Notes: a model not told the origin generated them from the letters alone. A DNA stretch of 64,000 bases from Nitrososphaerota archaeon (GCA_028867755.1 JAGWFT010000001.1:900727-964726), one strand, 5' to 3'. Shown: positions 40,199-50,069, counted from the first letter of the stretch. Program-made: numbers and translations.

Positions 40199-41524
40199 CT
40201 ACAATTTAACCCTGTAATAGTCCCACCTTTCAGGATCAAATTGTCTTACAAACTCAATTTTCTCGTTGCGCTTCATCCTTTCCTGTACTACATCTCTTAG
40301 GGCAAAACTTGAGAGATACTTGTATCCCTTGGATTGGGCCTGCATCAAAAACAACAGGCGCATCTCACGCCCGCCTTTTAATCCCCAATATCCCATCTTC
40401 AGTGCAATTGGCTCTAAAAACACGGTATCATTTTTTCCAAAGTGTGGATCGTCAATACCCGGGCGAAGCTTGTAATTTTCAAGAGCACTTCCCTTCACAA
40501 ACCCAACTATTGGACCATTTTCGTTTCCAATCCTTAGTGTGTTAAGCAATATGTCGGGGTTTCGCACAGAGTCTGCAAAACCTGTTTGCAGAAACTGGAG
40601 AGGGTATGGTAATTCTTTGAAGATCTCAAAGAGTGCATTGACAAACTCATCTTCTCGTCTTGTCTTGATTGGATCAATTGTCGGTACGAGTTGCACCTTG
40701 TCATAAATTACAGATGCCTGATTTTGTATCTCGTTTTCTCTAAGCCTCATGAAACCAAGTACGTTATCCATGAACGACTTGCGCATAGCCCTTGGCAGTG
40801 CTTCTAGGATGTGATTACACATTTCAGATTCATTGTTTAACAAATCCTCAAAGTATGCAACAGAGCGAATTGCAATCAAGTTTGGATGCCATGCAAGCGA
40901 GTGGGCATTTTTCTTTGCCATCTCAAGTGCATATGAAAAGTTTCCCATGGCATATCCTCCTATCCTGTCTGATACAGAAAGAAACCATCCAAGTTTTTTA
41001 TAGTGCTCGACCTTGGATGGATTGTCATGTGTGCTGTCTGCCATGGAATAAAAATTATCAATCAGTAATTCGGCTTTTTCCTTTTTTTCTCCATTCCACG
41101 GATAAGTGGTCCTCAATATCATTGCTGCAACAATGTTAGAGTCAACACCAGCTTCTTTTAGTAATGATTCTAGTGTCTTGTCAGTCTTGACAAAATTAAC
41201 TGCATCAGGTTCGTGCGGCTTGTCGATTCTTTTCTGAGGATCATAATCATGAAACAAGGCTGACACAAAAAGATACTTGATGTCGTCTTTTGTAATGATA
41301 TTCTGCATGCTATGCCATTGTGCAGCTATGAGAGTGACATATGTGACTTCGAGCTCGTGAACAATATTGTGGTATCCGTAATAGTCAATGCCAAGACCTT
41401 TTTGATGAAACAGGTCTATTGTGTAATCAAGTATTTTGGAATAGCAAGATGAGTCAAATCCGTTCTGGTTGAGGTTTTCTAGTATCTTATCCCTGAGGCT
41501 GTTTGTACTGTAAATCTCTTGCAT
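40199..41524 (-). CDS. HD-domain metal-dependent phosphohydrolase with C-terminal GNAT-like region
   Basis: YHNIVHELEV, ALFHDYD and SDRIGGY. The C-terminus has IVGFVKG, FLEPIAL...YWGLKGG and AQSKGYKYL. Confidence 0.7.
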   Translation of the reverse strand: MQEIYSTNSLRDKILENLNQNGFDSSCYSKILDYTIDLFHQKGLGIDYYGYHNIVHELEVTYVTLIAAQWHSMQNIITKDDIKYLFVSALFHDYDPQKRIDKPHEPDAVNFVKTDKTLESLLKEAGVDSNIVAAMILRTTYPWNGEKKEKAELLIDNFYSMADSTHDNPSKVEHYKKLGWFLSVSDRIGGYAMGNFSYALEMAKKNAHSLAWHPNLIAIRSVAYFEDLLNNESEMCNHILEALPRAMRKSFMDNVLGFMRLRENEIQNQASVIYDKVQLVPTIDPIKTRREDEFVNALFEIFKELPYPLQFLQTGFADSVRNPDILLNTLRIGNENGPIVGFVKGSALENYKLRPGIDDPHFGKNDTVFLEPIALKMGYWGLKGGREMRLLFLMQAQSKGYKYLSSFALRDVVQERMKRNEKIEFVRQFDPERWDYYRVKL

Positions 41525-41616
41525 TGGAACTTTTAGTTTTATGGATCTGGTTGCATAAAAGCTTAATCAGAAATGAAAAAGAGGATAAAATGAGGCAGAG
41601 AAAAGCTAGGAGCGAA

Positions 41617-42561
41617 TTACATTCTGCCGTCTACAATATCCTGTAAGAGATGCATAATGTCCTCTTTTGTTACAGGTATTGGATTTGGGTCAAGGTGACC
41701 TCTGTCTGTCATGACAACATCTGCAGCTTGGTCAATTGGAGCTTTGAGTGCAAGCTTGTCAAATCTTAGTTTCTCTATTACTTCTTTGAATTTGTCGTAG
41801 AATATTGATTTGTTGAACCTGTGTGCCACCGTAGTGCAAGATGAAAGTGAGTAACCATGTGGAACTCCCTCGTTTGAAAACACATACGACAATGCATGTC
41901 CAAGTGTAGTTGATGCGTTGCCAAAACCAATTCCAGACAACATGGAACCAAATGGATAATTTTCTGGCTTGTTGTTAATTATTGCATCATACAGTACATC
42001 AAAAGCAGACTTGCACATCATTTTTGTAAACTCGTTTCCTCTTTTGCTGTCATAGCCCTCTGTTGCTTGAGCACATGCATCGCAAACCGAGTTCTTGACT
42101 ATGGCTTCTGGTGTTCCATCCATAAAATAGGAATCTATTACTGCTACATCTGCAAGAAACCTTTCGTCCTGCAATAGTTTCTTTTTTCCTTCAAATTTAA
42201 GTACACAATACGTTGTCATCTCTGCACCTGTGCCAAATGTTGTTGGAATGAGTATCTTTGGTATCTTCATTTCCATACCTGAATATTTTGCTACATCAAG
42301 TGAGCTTCCTCCACCAAGGCCTATGATTGCAGAAATATTCTTTGGCTTGTATTCTGCAATGACTTTGTTTACTGTCTCAATGGAAGGCTCTGGCTCTACC
42401 TTGTCATAGAGCATGTAATCTGTGATCTTCATTCTGTCAATCCATTTCTTTGATACCTCAGGAGGCGCCGTTGTAACAACAAGGGCGTTTTTTGGATATT
42501 GTGTTTCTGATAACGCATTTTTACCATAGTTTATTGTCTTTGGGATTCTTACTGTATTCAT
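41617..42561 (-). CDS. Iron-containing alcohol dehydrogenase; candidate malonic (or succinic) semialdehyde reductase of the 3HP/4HB cycle
   Basis: GLGGGSSLDVAK, PTTFGTGAE, GHALSY and PHG metal ligands. The family matches the Fe-ADH semialdehyde reductases described in Nitrosopumilus; the substrate is inferred. Confidence 0.8.
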   Translation of the reverse strand: MNTVRIPKTINYGKNALSETQYPKNALVVTTAPPEVSKKWIDRMKITDYMLYDKVEPEPSIETVNKVIAEYKPKNISAIIGLGGGSSLDVAKYSGMEMKIPKILIPTTFGTGAEMTTYCVLKFEGKKKLLQDERFLADVAVIDSYFMDGTPEAIVKNSVCDACAQATEGYDSKRGNEFTKMMCKSAFDVLYDAIINNKPENYPFGSMLSGIGFGNASTTLGHALSYVFSNEGVPHGYSLSSCTTVAHRFNKSIFYDKFKEVIEKLRFDKLALKAPIDQAADVVMTDRGHLDPNPIPVTKEDIMHLLQDIVDGRM

Positions 42562-42703
42562 AGCACAGTAAGATCTGCAATTATTATTATACTATTGCCT
42601 GTTCTGGTATTTTAAAAAACAAAACAAAATGTGGTTTTGTATCCCAGATAACGGGAATAAAGGCGTTGATTTTTATATCTAAAAACTAGAGGATAGTAAG
42701 AAA

Positions 42704-43009
42704 ATGAGTCCTAAGAACTCTGATGAAACAATTTCTAAAGTAGAATCCATGATTCGTGTGCTTTCTAAAGCAGTACCACACGGTGATGTTTTAGATCAAG
42801 ACGACATCAAGGCTCTAAATCAGGTGGATAAGGAAGACCAGCCCAAGTTGGCTGATAGGCTAGAAGACATGATAATGTTCCTAAAGGACGAGCCAGATAA
42901 TAAACGAAAGATACTTGAGATTCATGACACTGCAATGGACGAGTTTGGCCATGTCAAACCAGTCCGCGATGTACTAGAGTCAGTAAAAACATACTTTTTG
43001 AACAAATAA
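42704..43009 (+). CDS. Hypothetical acidic protein
   Basis: 101-aa ATG ORF with a TATA-like element (TTTTATA) upstream. Confidence 0.7.
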   Translation: MSPKNSDETISKVESMIRVLSKAVPHGDVLDQDDIKALNQVDKEDQPKLADRLEDMIMFLKDEPDNKRKILEIHDTAMDEFGHVKPVRDVLESVKTYFLNK

Positions 43010-43011
43010 AA

Positions 43012-44031
43012 TTACAAACCTATGCTGTTTATTGCTGCACCGGAATTTGCATCAATTACTAGGATTATTTTTTTTCCCTTGTGATCGTATTTTGCAAACC
43101 AGATTGGAACATGTAATATCTCCCCACTTGAAACATCCATCTCGGTTTGCATCTGCTGTATCATGTGATATTTTGAGTGGGCTGCGTCTGACTGTAACTT
43201 GTCTGCTATTGTTTTGGCTTGATTTTTGGCAATGTCCTCATTGATGTCGCCATTTAGAATCTTGACTGATTTTGGAATCTTTTTAGAGTCAAAGTCTACT
43301 CGGCCATCAAGTGCAAACTCATAATCATGAGGCTGGTACATTGTCAATGCCTTGAGTGCAATTACGGGGCAATTGTAATTTGCGTCAATTGTGTATGCTT
43401 TTTTGGTATTTGCAGAACCCATCATTCCTCCGCCGCCTAGCATGCTACCCATGAGCATGCCATCCATCATGCCCATCCCCATTCCTCCTCTTCTTGAACC
43501 AAAACCCCCTCCTCCCATGGCTCCACCCATCACACCAAACAAAGCAGCTGTTGTGGCAATACTTCCAACCTCTGCAGCAATGTCTGTTGCAACAAGATTA
43601 GTTCGCGCAGCAACAGGAATTATCCAATAAGGAATCATGCTCAAGCTAATCTCTTCTAGAGTTGAAGTTTCTTGCAAGTGTCTGTGGAGCAGACCCTTGT
43701 CCATCATCTTTTTCAATCTTGCAGTGATGTCGTCTTTGTCAATTATGGTGATTGGCAACATGGTGTGCCTTTCTACATTTTTCCAACCGGTGTTTTCAAG
43801 AGTAACACTACTGCCGCAATATTCACATGTTATGACCATCTCGCCGAATTTTGGAGATATTGGAGCGCCACAACTTGGGCACTTGATCTCTTTTACTCCC
43901 TGTGATTCATTTGTTGATTGGCTTGCTGATTTCTCAGGCTGTGCCGTCTGGGGCACTTGTTGTTTTGAACCGCATTTTATGCAAAAAGCCGCGTCATCTG
44001 GAAGTTGAGAACCGCATTTTATGCAATACAT
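43012..44031 (-). CDS. Zinc-ribbon domain protein (YdjG-like) with Gly/Met-rich segment
   Basis: CxxC..CxxC twice (YCIKCG..FCIKCG; CPSCG..CEYCG), GGMGMGMMDGMLMG and C-terminal VPIW...IDANSG. Confidence 0.8.
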   Translation of the reverse strand: MYCIKCGSQLPDDAAFCIKCGSKQQVPQTAQPEKSASQSTNESQGVKEIKCPSCGAPISPKFGEMVITCEYCGSSVTLENTGWKNVERHTMLPITIIDKDDITARLKKMMDKGLLHRHLQETSTLEEISLSMIPYWIIPVAARTNLVATDIAAEVGSIATTAALFGVMGGAMGGGGFGSRRGGMGMGMMDGMLMGSMLGGGGMMGSANTKKAYTIDANYNCPVIALKALTMYQPHDYEFALDGRVDFDSKKIPKSVKILNGDINEDIAKNQAKTIADKLQSDAAHSKYHMIQQMQTEMDVSSGEILHVPIWFAKYDHKGKKIILVIDANSGAAINSIGL

Positions 44032-44040
44032 GTTTTTCTC

Positions 44041-45126
44041 CTAACTTGTCTTCAGTGCCTTGCCGCAGCTGGAGCAGAACTTGGAATCGCTGGCAATATG
44101 GGCCCCACACTGTGGACACAAAATTCCTTCCTGTGGCTTTGGCTGCTGCACCTGTTGCTGGCTTGAACCACAATTTGGACAGAAACTATTGGAGACAGGC
44201 ATCATCATGCTGCACTTGGGACACTGCTTCATTGGGGGCTGGTACATTCCTTGGGACATCTGGCCTGCAAGGGCATATCCTATTCCGCTTCCAGCTCCAA
44301 ATCCTACTCCCAAGCCAACTCCTGCTCCTGCAGTACCTCCTGGGTTCTTGGCAGCATCAGTCATGGCTTGGCCTGCCTGATACTGCATGTAATTTACACC
44401 AAGTACAGACATTTCTGATCTGGTGTCAATTGCCTTTTGAACCTCTTCTGGTAAACTAATTGTAAGTCCTGATATCTTGTTAATCTCAATTCCGTACTGT
44501 CCAAAATTGGACGTTGAGTTGGCAAGTACTACCTGCTCGATGTTCTGAAGATTGGTAGCAAGGTCGGTCACCTTCAGACCATTGTCTTTCATCTTTCCTA
44601 ATGCATTGAATATCAGCAGAGTCATCTGTTCTTTTAGTCTTGATTCTATCTCGTCTGATGTCTTGACTGCAAATGTGCCAACAAACTGATTTACAAAATT
44701 CTCAGGCTGTGCTACTTTCCACCTGAACTCTCCAAAGATTCTCAAATTCACTATGCCAAAAACAGGATCTACAAACTGGTATGGTTGTGTAGAGCCAAAT
44801 TTACCGTCAACATACCTGTTTTGAAGATAATACACTTCTGCAGCTTGCTGTACTCCGGTGAAGAATTTTAACAGGCCTCCAACTATTGGAGCGTTAAAAT
44901 CGGTAAGGGCATATCTGTTTGGTTTGTCAAAATATGTCAGAACCTTTCCGTCTCTGAAAAATACTGCAATCTCGTCTTGTCTTACCACTATGTTATCGTT
45001 TAACCTGATAAGGCGGGGAACCTTCCACATTACGTTTCCCTCTTTGTATTGTGAGTCCCATTCTATTGTGGTGGACCCTACTACGCTACCGCCGCCAAAA
45101 TCTGGATCTTTTTTGTGCCCAAACAT
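44041..45126 (-). CDS. SPFH (band 7) domain protein with C-terminal double zinc ribbon (YdjI-like)
   Basis: IVVRQDEIAVFFRDGK, KFGS..P, LRIFGEF, Gly/Ala-rich linker and CPKC..FCPNCG / CPQCG..FCSSCG. Confidence 0.85.
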   Translation of the reverse strand: MFGHKKDPDFGGGSVVGSTTIEWDSQYKEGNVMWKVPRLIRLNDNIVVRQDEIAVFFRDGKVLTYFDKPNRYALTDFNAPIVGGLLKFFTGVQQAAEVYYLQNRYVDGKFGSTQPYQFVDPVFGIVNLRIFGEFRWKVAQPENFVNQFVGTFAVKTSDEIESRLKEQMTLLIFNALGKMKDNGLKVTDLATNLQNIEQVVLANSTSNFGQYGIEINKISGLTISLPEEVQKAIDTRSEMSVLGVNYMQYQAGQAMTDAAKNPGGTAGAGVGLGVGFGAGSGIGYALAGQMSQGMYQPPMKQCPKCSMMMPVSNSFCPNCGSSQQQVQQPKPQEGILCPQCGAHIASDSKFCSSCGKALKTS

Positions 45127-45171
45127 TTATAGTTCACTTTTTTCCTTTCTTGTTATTATAATTTTCATCAA

Positions 45172-45717
45172 CTATTTTGTCACCAATATGTTTTCAACAG
45201 ATTCCAGCCTTTGTCTCCAAACATGCTTGAAATCTTCTAGCATTGTACTTATCTTGGCCGAAATTGCCTGTGCGGTAATTGTTCCTGCTGTATACCCTGA
45301 AAGCGATTCTGTAACTGTAGAAAATATCTGCTCAGAATTATTTACAAAATTGTAATCATACTCGTATAGTTTGTTTAGTACGTTTTCATCTATCCTTATG
45401 TTTGGCGATATGCCTGCAGAGCCTTGTTGGGCATGAAACACCTCTCCGCCTATTTGTTGCATCTGAGAGATAATACCTCCAATAGCAGTTAGACCGCTAA
45501 AATCCCCCTTGTCAGACATTGCCTTTCTTAGCGTCTCAAGTCTTCCCCTTGATTCCCCAAGTCTGTCAAAGACTTGTTTTCTGAGAAGCTCGTCAGCTGC
45601 TCTAATATCCTCTAGTTTGCGATATTCTTTGAGTGCAGGTATGGCAAGCTGTAACTTTTTGAAAAAGCCACGACTCTCGTTTACTTTGTCTCGAAGATCT
45701 GGATTATTTGTTGACAT
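45172..45717 (-). CDS. Helical hypothetical protein, first gene of the SPFH operon
   Basis: 181-aa ATG ORF with SD-like GGTGTGA upstream. Confidence 0.75.
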   Translation of the reverse strand: MSTNNPDLRDKVNESRGFFKKLQLAIPALKEYRKLEDIRAADELLRKQVFDRLGESRGRLETLRKAMSDKGDFSGLTAIGGIISQMQQIGGEVFHAQQGSAGISPNIRIDENVLNKLYEYDYNFVNNSEQIFSTVTESLSGYTAGTITAQAISAKISTMLEDFKHVWRQRLESVENILVTK

Positions 45718-45733
45718 GTATCACACCATATGT

Positions 45734-45745
45734 AGCGATATCGCT
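45734..45745. promoter_or_regulatory. Palindromic candidate operator of the SPFH operon
   Basis: Perfect palindrome AGCGATATCGCT directly downstream (minus strand) of a TTAAG TATA-like box. Confidence 0.4.
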
Positions 45746-45798
45746 TAAGTATTGCGTAACAAAATTCTTGATATTTTTCAAAATAACAATCACCATAA

Positions 45799-46536
45799 CT
45801 AGACTACAATTATGCCGTTAGAAACAAGCCACTGAATTCCCTTGACAAAGTCTTGATCAGAGATTTGACCGCTTGCCCACCATCTTGCGTTTGTCTTAAT
45901 CCAAGATGGAATCTGAGATGCTCCAGATGTTGCAGATGAATTTGATTGTAAAGGCACTTGCATTATTTTTTGTTGTATCAAGTACTGGATTCCCTTGACA
46001 AAGTCTTGGTCTCCGACTTGACTCTGTGACCACCATTTTGCAGTATTTTTAATCCATGATGGTATTACTATTGTTGAATTGATACCTGTAGTGCCACTAG
46101 AATTTCCTCCTCCAAGATTAACAGTAAATGTTGCAGTCTCAGGTGGTATTGGCTGGAAAAGTATTCCGTCTACTTCAACAACTACTTGGTATGTTGCAGC
46201 GTCAGGAAATTGGCATGGGATGGTAACTGATCCTTCTGCTGTATGCAATATTTGAGTACCACAGATCTGACTACTTCCTTCCATTACTGCTACCTTGTAG
46301 TCTATGTGTTGTTGAATGGCATGAGTTGATTTGTTAACAAAGCTTATCTGAAGATTTGTGTTTCCACCTGGAGTTGGGCTGGCAGGGTCTGTTGCAAAAC
46401 CCACATCAATAGTTCCTCCGCTTGTTGGCTGGATTACCTGATCAGCGTAAGCTGGTATCACAATAATAGAAGCGATTACTAAAAACCCAAAATACATTGA
46501 TAGTTTTCCCTTGGGCCCGAAACCTGTGCCTCCCAT
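45799..46536 (-). CDS. Exported protein with Ig-like domain and two C-terminal IPxWIKxxAxWW repeats
   Basis: Signal/TM segment; IPSWIKNTAKWWS...DFVKGIQYL and IPSWIKTNARWWA...DFVKGIQWL. Confidence 0.8.
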   Translation of the reverse strand: MGGTGFGPKGKLSMYFGFLVIASIIVIPAYADQVIQPTSGGTIDVGFATDPASPTPGGNTNLQISFVNKSTHAIQQHIDYKVAVMEGSSQICGTQILHTAEGSVTIPCQFPDAATYQVVVEVDGILFQPIPPETATFTVNLGGGNSSGTTGINSTIVIPSWIKNTAKWWSQSQVGDQDFVKGIQYLIQQKIMQVPLQSNSSATSGASQIPSWIKTNARWWASGQISDQDFVKGIQWLVSNGIIVV

Positions 46537-46672
46537 AAGCTATCTTACTGCTGACTATATATAAAAAAACTGTAACAAGGGTAAGCATTCTTTTTAAGTC
46601 TGTGCAAGTGTTTTGGGACTAAAAAGATTCAAAAATTCAAACAACTTTTCTTTATTTGTATTATGATGACAA

Positions 46673-47953
46673 ATGATTGTTAGGAATTTCAAGCAACTAG
46701 CAAGAGACAGCAAGAAAAAATCAGCACTGTCGATAATTGAAGCAGGTTTTGCTGCTGCCATACCAAATGCAGCACTGGGAAAGATCATAAAGAAAAATTT
46801 TCTTCAAGTGGGAAGAAAAAAGATCTTTTTTAAAAAATATGACCGTGTCTATGTAGTTGCCATAGGTAAATCTGCAGATTTGATGACAAAGGTAGCAAAT
46901 TCTTTGACTAGAATTCACAAAGGCATTGTAGTGTTGCCTGATAATGCTTCAACTATTCTAAATGCAAGAAAATTTACTGTGATAAGGTCTAGTCATCCAA
47001 TCCCTACCAAGAAAAGTATTGTAGCTGCAAAAAAGATAATTGATTTTCTTACGATCCCAAAAGAGTCAGATCTGGTTCTCTTTCTGATCTCAGGCGGTGC
47101 TTCATCATTGGTATCTGTGCCTGATGGTGTGTCACTTGAAGACAAGCAGCTTGTAACCAAACTCTTGCTACGATCTGGGGCCAATATACGTGAGGTGAAC
47201 TGCATTAGAAAACATCTTTCAAAAATAAAGGGTGGAAGACTGGTAGAGTCACTTGGATGCAAAGCAATATCCCTTGTAATGTCTGACGTAGTGGGAGACA
47301 ATCTATCTGTAATTGCATCTGGAATCACATATTGTGACAATTCAACTTTTCATGACGCAAAAAAAATCCTATTAAAATACAACTCTAAAAACCGCATCCC
47401 AAAATCAGTCTGGTCGCACATCATTCTTGGAACAAAAGGGCTGATTCCTGAAACTCCAAAAAGACCTATGATTCCTAACTATGTCATACGAACCAACAGG
47501 GATTGTGTCAATACCATGAAGATTCATGCGCAAAAACTTGGATTTGCTACAAAAACAATCCTCTCATTGGAAGGAGATGTAAAAGATGTGGCATCGAAGA
47601 TCTCAAGACATGTTTGCAATTCTCAAAACTTTTGTCTTATTTTCGGAGGTGAGCCTACAGTTACAGTAAAAGGAAAAGGAAAAGGTGGGCGAAACCAAGA
47701 ATTGGTCTTACATCTACTCAAAAAATTAAGAGATCATAAAATGATCGTTGCATCTGTTGGTACAGATGGAATTGATGGAAACACAAATGCTGCAGGCGCA
47801 ATTGCAGATTTTACCATGCCATTAAAACCGATCGACCGATATCTTTGCAAAAATGATTCATATCAATATTTTAAAAAATACGGCGGGTTGATATTCACAG
47901 GACCAACTCGCACTAATCTTATGGATATTGGCATAGCGTTACGAAGAAAGTAA
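46673..47953 (+). CDS. Glycerate 2-kinase family (DUF4147/MOFRL)
   Basis: AIGKSA, SSHPIP, LISGGASSL, RKHLSKIKGG, SDVVGD, GGEPTV, GGRNQE, GTDGIDG and TGPTRTNLMD. Confidence 0.9.
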   Translation: MIVRNFKQLARDSKKKSALSIIEAGFAAAIPNAALGKIIKKNFLQVGRKKIFFKKYDRVYVVAIGKSADLMTKVANSLTRIHKGIVVLPDNASTILNARKFTVIRSSHPIPTKKSIVAAKKIIDFLTIPKESDLVLFLISGGASSLVSVPDGVSLEDKQLVTKLLLRSGANIREVNCIRKHLSKIKGGRLVESLGCKAISLVMSDVVGDNLSVIASGITYCDNSTFHDAKKILLKYNSKNRIPKSVWSHIILGTKGLIPETPKRPMIPNYVIRTNRDCVNTMKIHAQKLGFATKTILSLEGDVKDVASKISRHVCNSQNFCLIFGGEPTVTVKGKGKGGRNQELVLHLLKKLRDHKMIVASVGTDGIDGNTNAAGAIADFTMPLKPIDRYLCKNDSYQYFKKYGGLIFTGPTRTNLMDIGIALRRK

Positions 47954-48325
47954 TGGTGTCGCCTTGTTTTTCTGTTGCTCGATCAGATGATATCTGATTT
48001 GTAATTCTCGCTGATCTACTAGTTGTTGAATGAATCTGATTTTAGAAGCAATGAGCGGATCATCAGCAATTTTATTTTCTGCAAGATGCTCAAACATGGA
48101 TTTTAGATCAAGCATGACATTTACAGTATCTCCATTTTTTATTACGAATCTACCAATTCCCCAAAAGATTCCTACGTGCAATGCAATGTATTTTGACTGC
48201 TCTGCAGACACCATGTCATAGTAATTTTCTGCATGTGTTCTAGTTTGATCTGTTTTTGTCTCACTGTTCTCAATCGTCCATGAGATCATTTTTGAATTTC
48301 CATCCAAATAAAAAACATGTTCCAT
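47939..48325 (-). CDS. Hypothetical protein, degenerate RNase HI-like pattern
   Basis: FYLDGNS...AEQSKYIALHVGI...VNVMLD resembles RNase HI YxDG / EYxAL / xDS. Confidence 0.6.
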   Translation of the reverse strand: MEHVFYLDGNSKMISWTIENSETKTDQTRTHAENYYDMVSAEQSKYIALHVGIFWGIGRFVIKNGDTVNVMLDLKSMFEHLAENKIADDPLIASKIRFIQQLVDQRELQIRYHLIEQQKNKATPLLSS

Positions 48326-48401
48326 ATGTCAATCAAAAAGGTGTTGATTGTCTATATATTTTGAATATACAACTGAATAACAAAAATAAAAATCTGATTT
48401 C

Positions 48402-48608
48402 GTGTTAGAGGCCAATTCATTCTTCACAAACATGGTAGACGAGTTGGTAGAGTTCTCAGAATATGATCCAGAGCTCGCTGAGGGGCTAAAGTGGATCGAT
48501 GGTGAAGCACAAAAACGAGGAATAACTTTCTATGAGATGGTCTTCCATGTTCTGCATAGATATGATACTGATGCACGAGCAAAGGACTGGCTTGCTAATA
48601 GAAACTAG
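48402..48608 (+). CDS. Small hypothetical protein (68 aa), similar to 50196..50429
   Basis: GTG start; motif DxEx4GI(T/S)FY(E/D)Mx3VL. Confidence 0.65.
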   Translation: MLEANSFFTNMVDELVEFSEYDPELAEGLKWIDGEAQKRGITFYEMVFHVLHRYDTDARAKDWLANRN

Positions 48609-48653
48609 GTCTCAAGTTATCTGTTAAAGGTATTTTAAAACAGTTTTAAAAAA

Positions 48654-48836
48654 TTAAGACAATGATGAGCAAATATCGCTGAACACATTTGGGTTGTATT
48701 GTCCGGCATACATCTTGATGCTTTTATCGCGCGGAATTATTTTGCAGATTACCTGTGGTATGAAAAAGTCTGCCATAAGGTACACCCCTATGAGCAAGCA
48801 TCCAATCAAAATTATAATTCCAAATGGTACTTTCAT
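48654..48836 (-). CDS. Small single-TM protein
   Basis: 60-aa ATG ORF with an N-terminal hydrophobic helix. Confidence 0.45.
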   Translation of the reverse strand: MKVPFGIIILIGCLLIGVYLMADFFIPQVICKIIPRDKSIKMYAGQYNPNVFSDICSSLS

Positions 48837-48896
48837 CGCTTGGCAGTGTAGTACTCCCGTATAATAATCATTTAATTGATTTTCTAATTTTATGTA

Positions 48897-50069
48897 TCAG
48901 ATAGATGCAAGTCTTTTTTCAATGGGCACATATTCGCATCCAGAAGGACCGCAATACTTGCCAACATAGACTGCCTTTGGTCTGTAAAGCATTGGTTTTG
49001 GTTGTGCTTCTGCAAATTTTTCTTCAATAACATGTGCAGTCCATCCTGCCACTCTTGAAATTGCAAATATTGGTGTGTTAAGATCCATAGGTATGCCAAG
49101 CATGTAATATGCTGACGCACTGTACAAATCCACGTTTGGAAATATGTCAGACCCCTTTATCTTTTTCATTTCTTCCTCTGTTACATCTTCAACTTTTTTT
49201 GTGATTTTGTACCATGGCTGGCCCGTCTTCTCTGAGAGTCTACGAGAAAGTTCTCGTAATACCTCGGCTCTTGGATCAAATGTCTTGTATACTGCATGGC
49301 CCATTCCCATGACTCTTTCTCCTTTGGCAAGTTTTTCTTTTATCCATGGTTCCACCTTGTCTTCTGTTTGGATGCCAAGAAGCATCTTCATGACTTGAAA
49401 GTTTGCTCCTCCGTGCAGTTCTCCACTGAGCGCACCAATGGCAGCGCTGACTGCTGCGTATATGTGGGCCCGGGTCGAGGCAACTTCTCTTGCAGCAAAG
49501 GTAGATGCGTTAAAACTATGCTCTGCGTGTAAAATCAAGCATATGTCAAAAATTCTGGCAATCTCTGAATCTGGCTCTTTTCCTGTTAGCATGTAAAGAA
49601 AATTTCCTGCATGGTCTAACTTTTTTGAAGGTGGAATGACGTCTTTACCATTTCTTATTCTGTCCCAGTATGCTATGATTATTGGAATTTTTGAAATAAG
49701 ATCTATTGCCCTGTTATAGTTGGTTTCCCTGCTGTCCCCCTTCTCTTTGTCATATGCAGCTAATTCTGATACACGAGACTGTATGACATCCATTGGATTT
49801 GCTGTCTTGGGCAGGTTTTCTAGATTCTTTTCAATATTTTCTGGAACTTCTCTTGCTTCAACCAATCTTTTTGCAAAATCAGCCAAAACATTGTCTGTGG
49901 GAAGGTCATCATTGAGAAGCAGGCAAGCAGTTTCCTCAAAATTAGATTTTTTTACCAGATCTAAAATGTCATATCCTCGATAGATTAGTTTGCCATTGAT
50001 TCCGTCAATTGCACAAATCTTTGTATCTGCAACTTCAATATTGCGAAGACCGATGTTCTTTGTTTCCAC
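48897..50069 (-). CDS. gltA: Citrate synthase
   Basis: GKLIYRGY, LHAEHSFNAST, GELHGGAN, GMGHAVYKTFDPR, FPNVDLYS and SRVAGW. Confidence 0.96.
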   Translation of the reverse strand: METKNIGLRNIEVADTKICAIDGINGKLIYRGYDILDLVKKSNFEETACLLLNDDLPTDNVLADFAKRLVEAREVPENIEKNLENLPKTANPMDVIQSRVSELAAYDKEKGDSRETNYNRAIDLISKIPIIIAYWDRIRNGKDVIPPSKKLDHAGNFLYMLTGKEPDSEIARIFDICLILHAEHSFNASTFAAREVASTRAHIYAAVSAAIGALSGELHGGANFQVMKMLLGIQTEDKVEPWIKEKLAKGERVMGMGHAVYKTFDPRAEVLRELSRRLSEKTGQPWYKITKKVEDVTEEEMKKIKGSDIFPNVDLYSASAYYMLGIPMDLNTPIFAISRVAGWTAHVIEEKFAEAQPKPMLYRPKAVYVGKYCGPSGCEYVPIEKRLASI

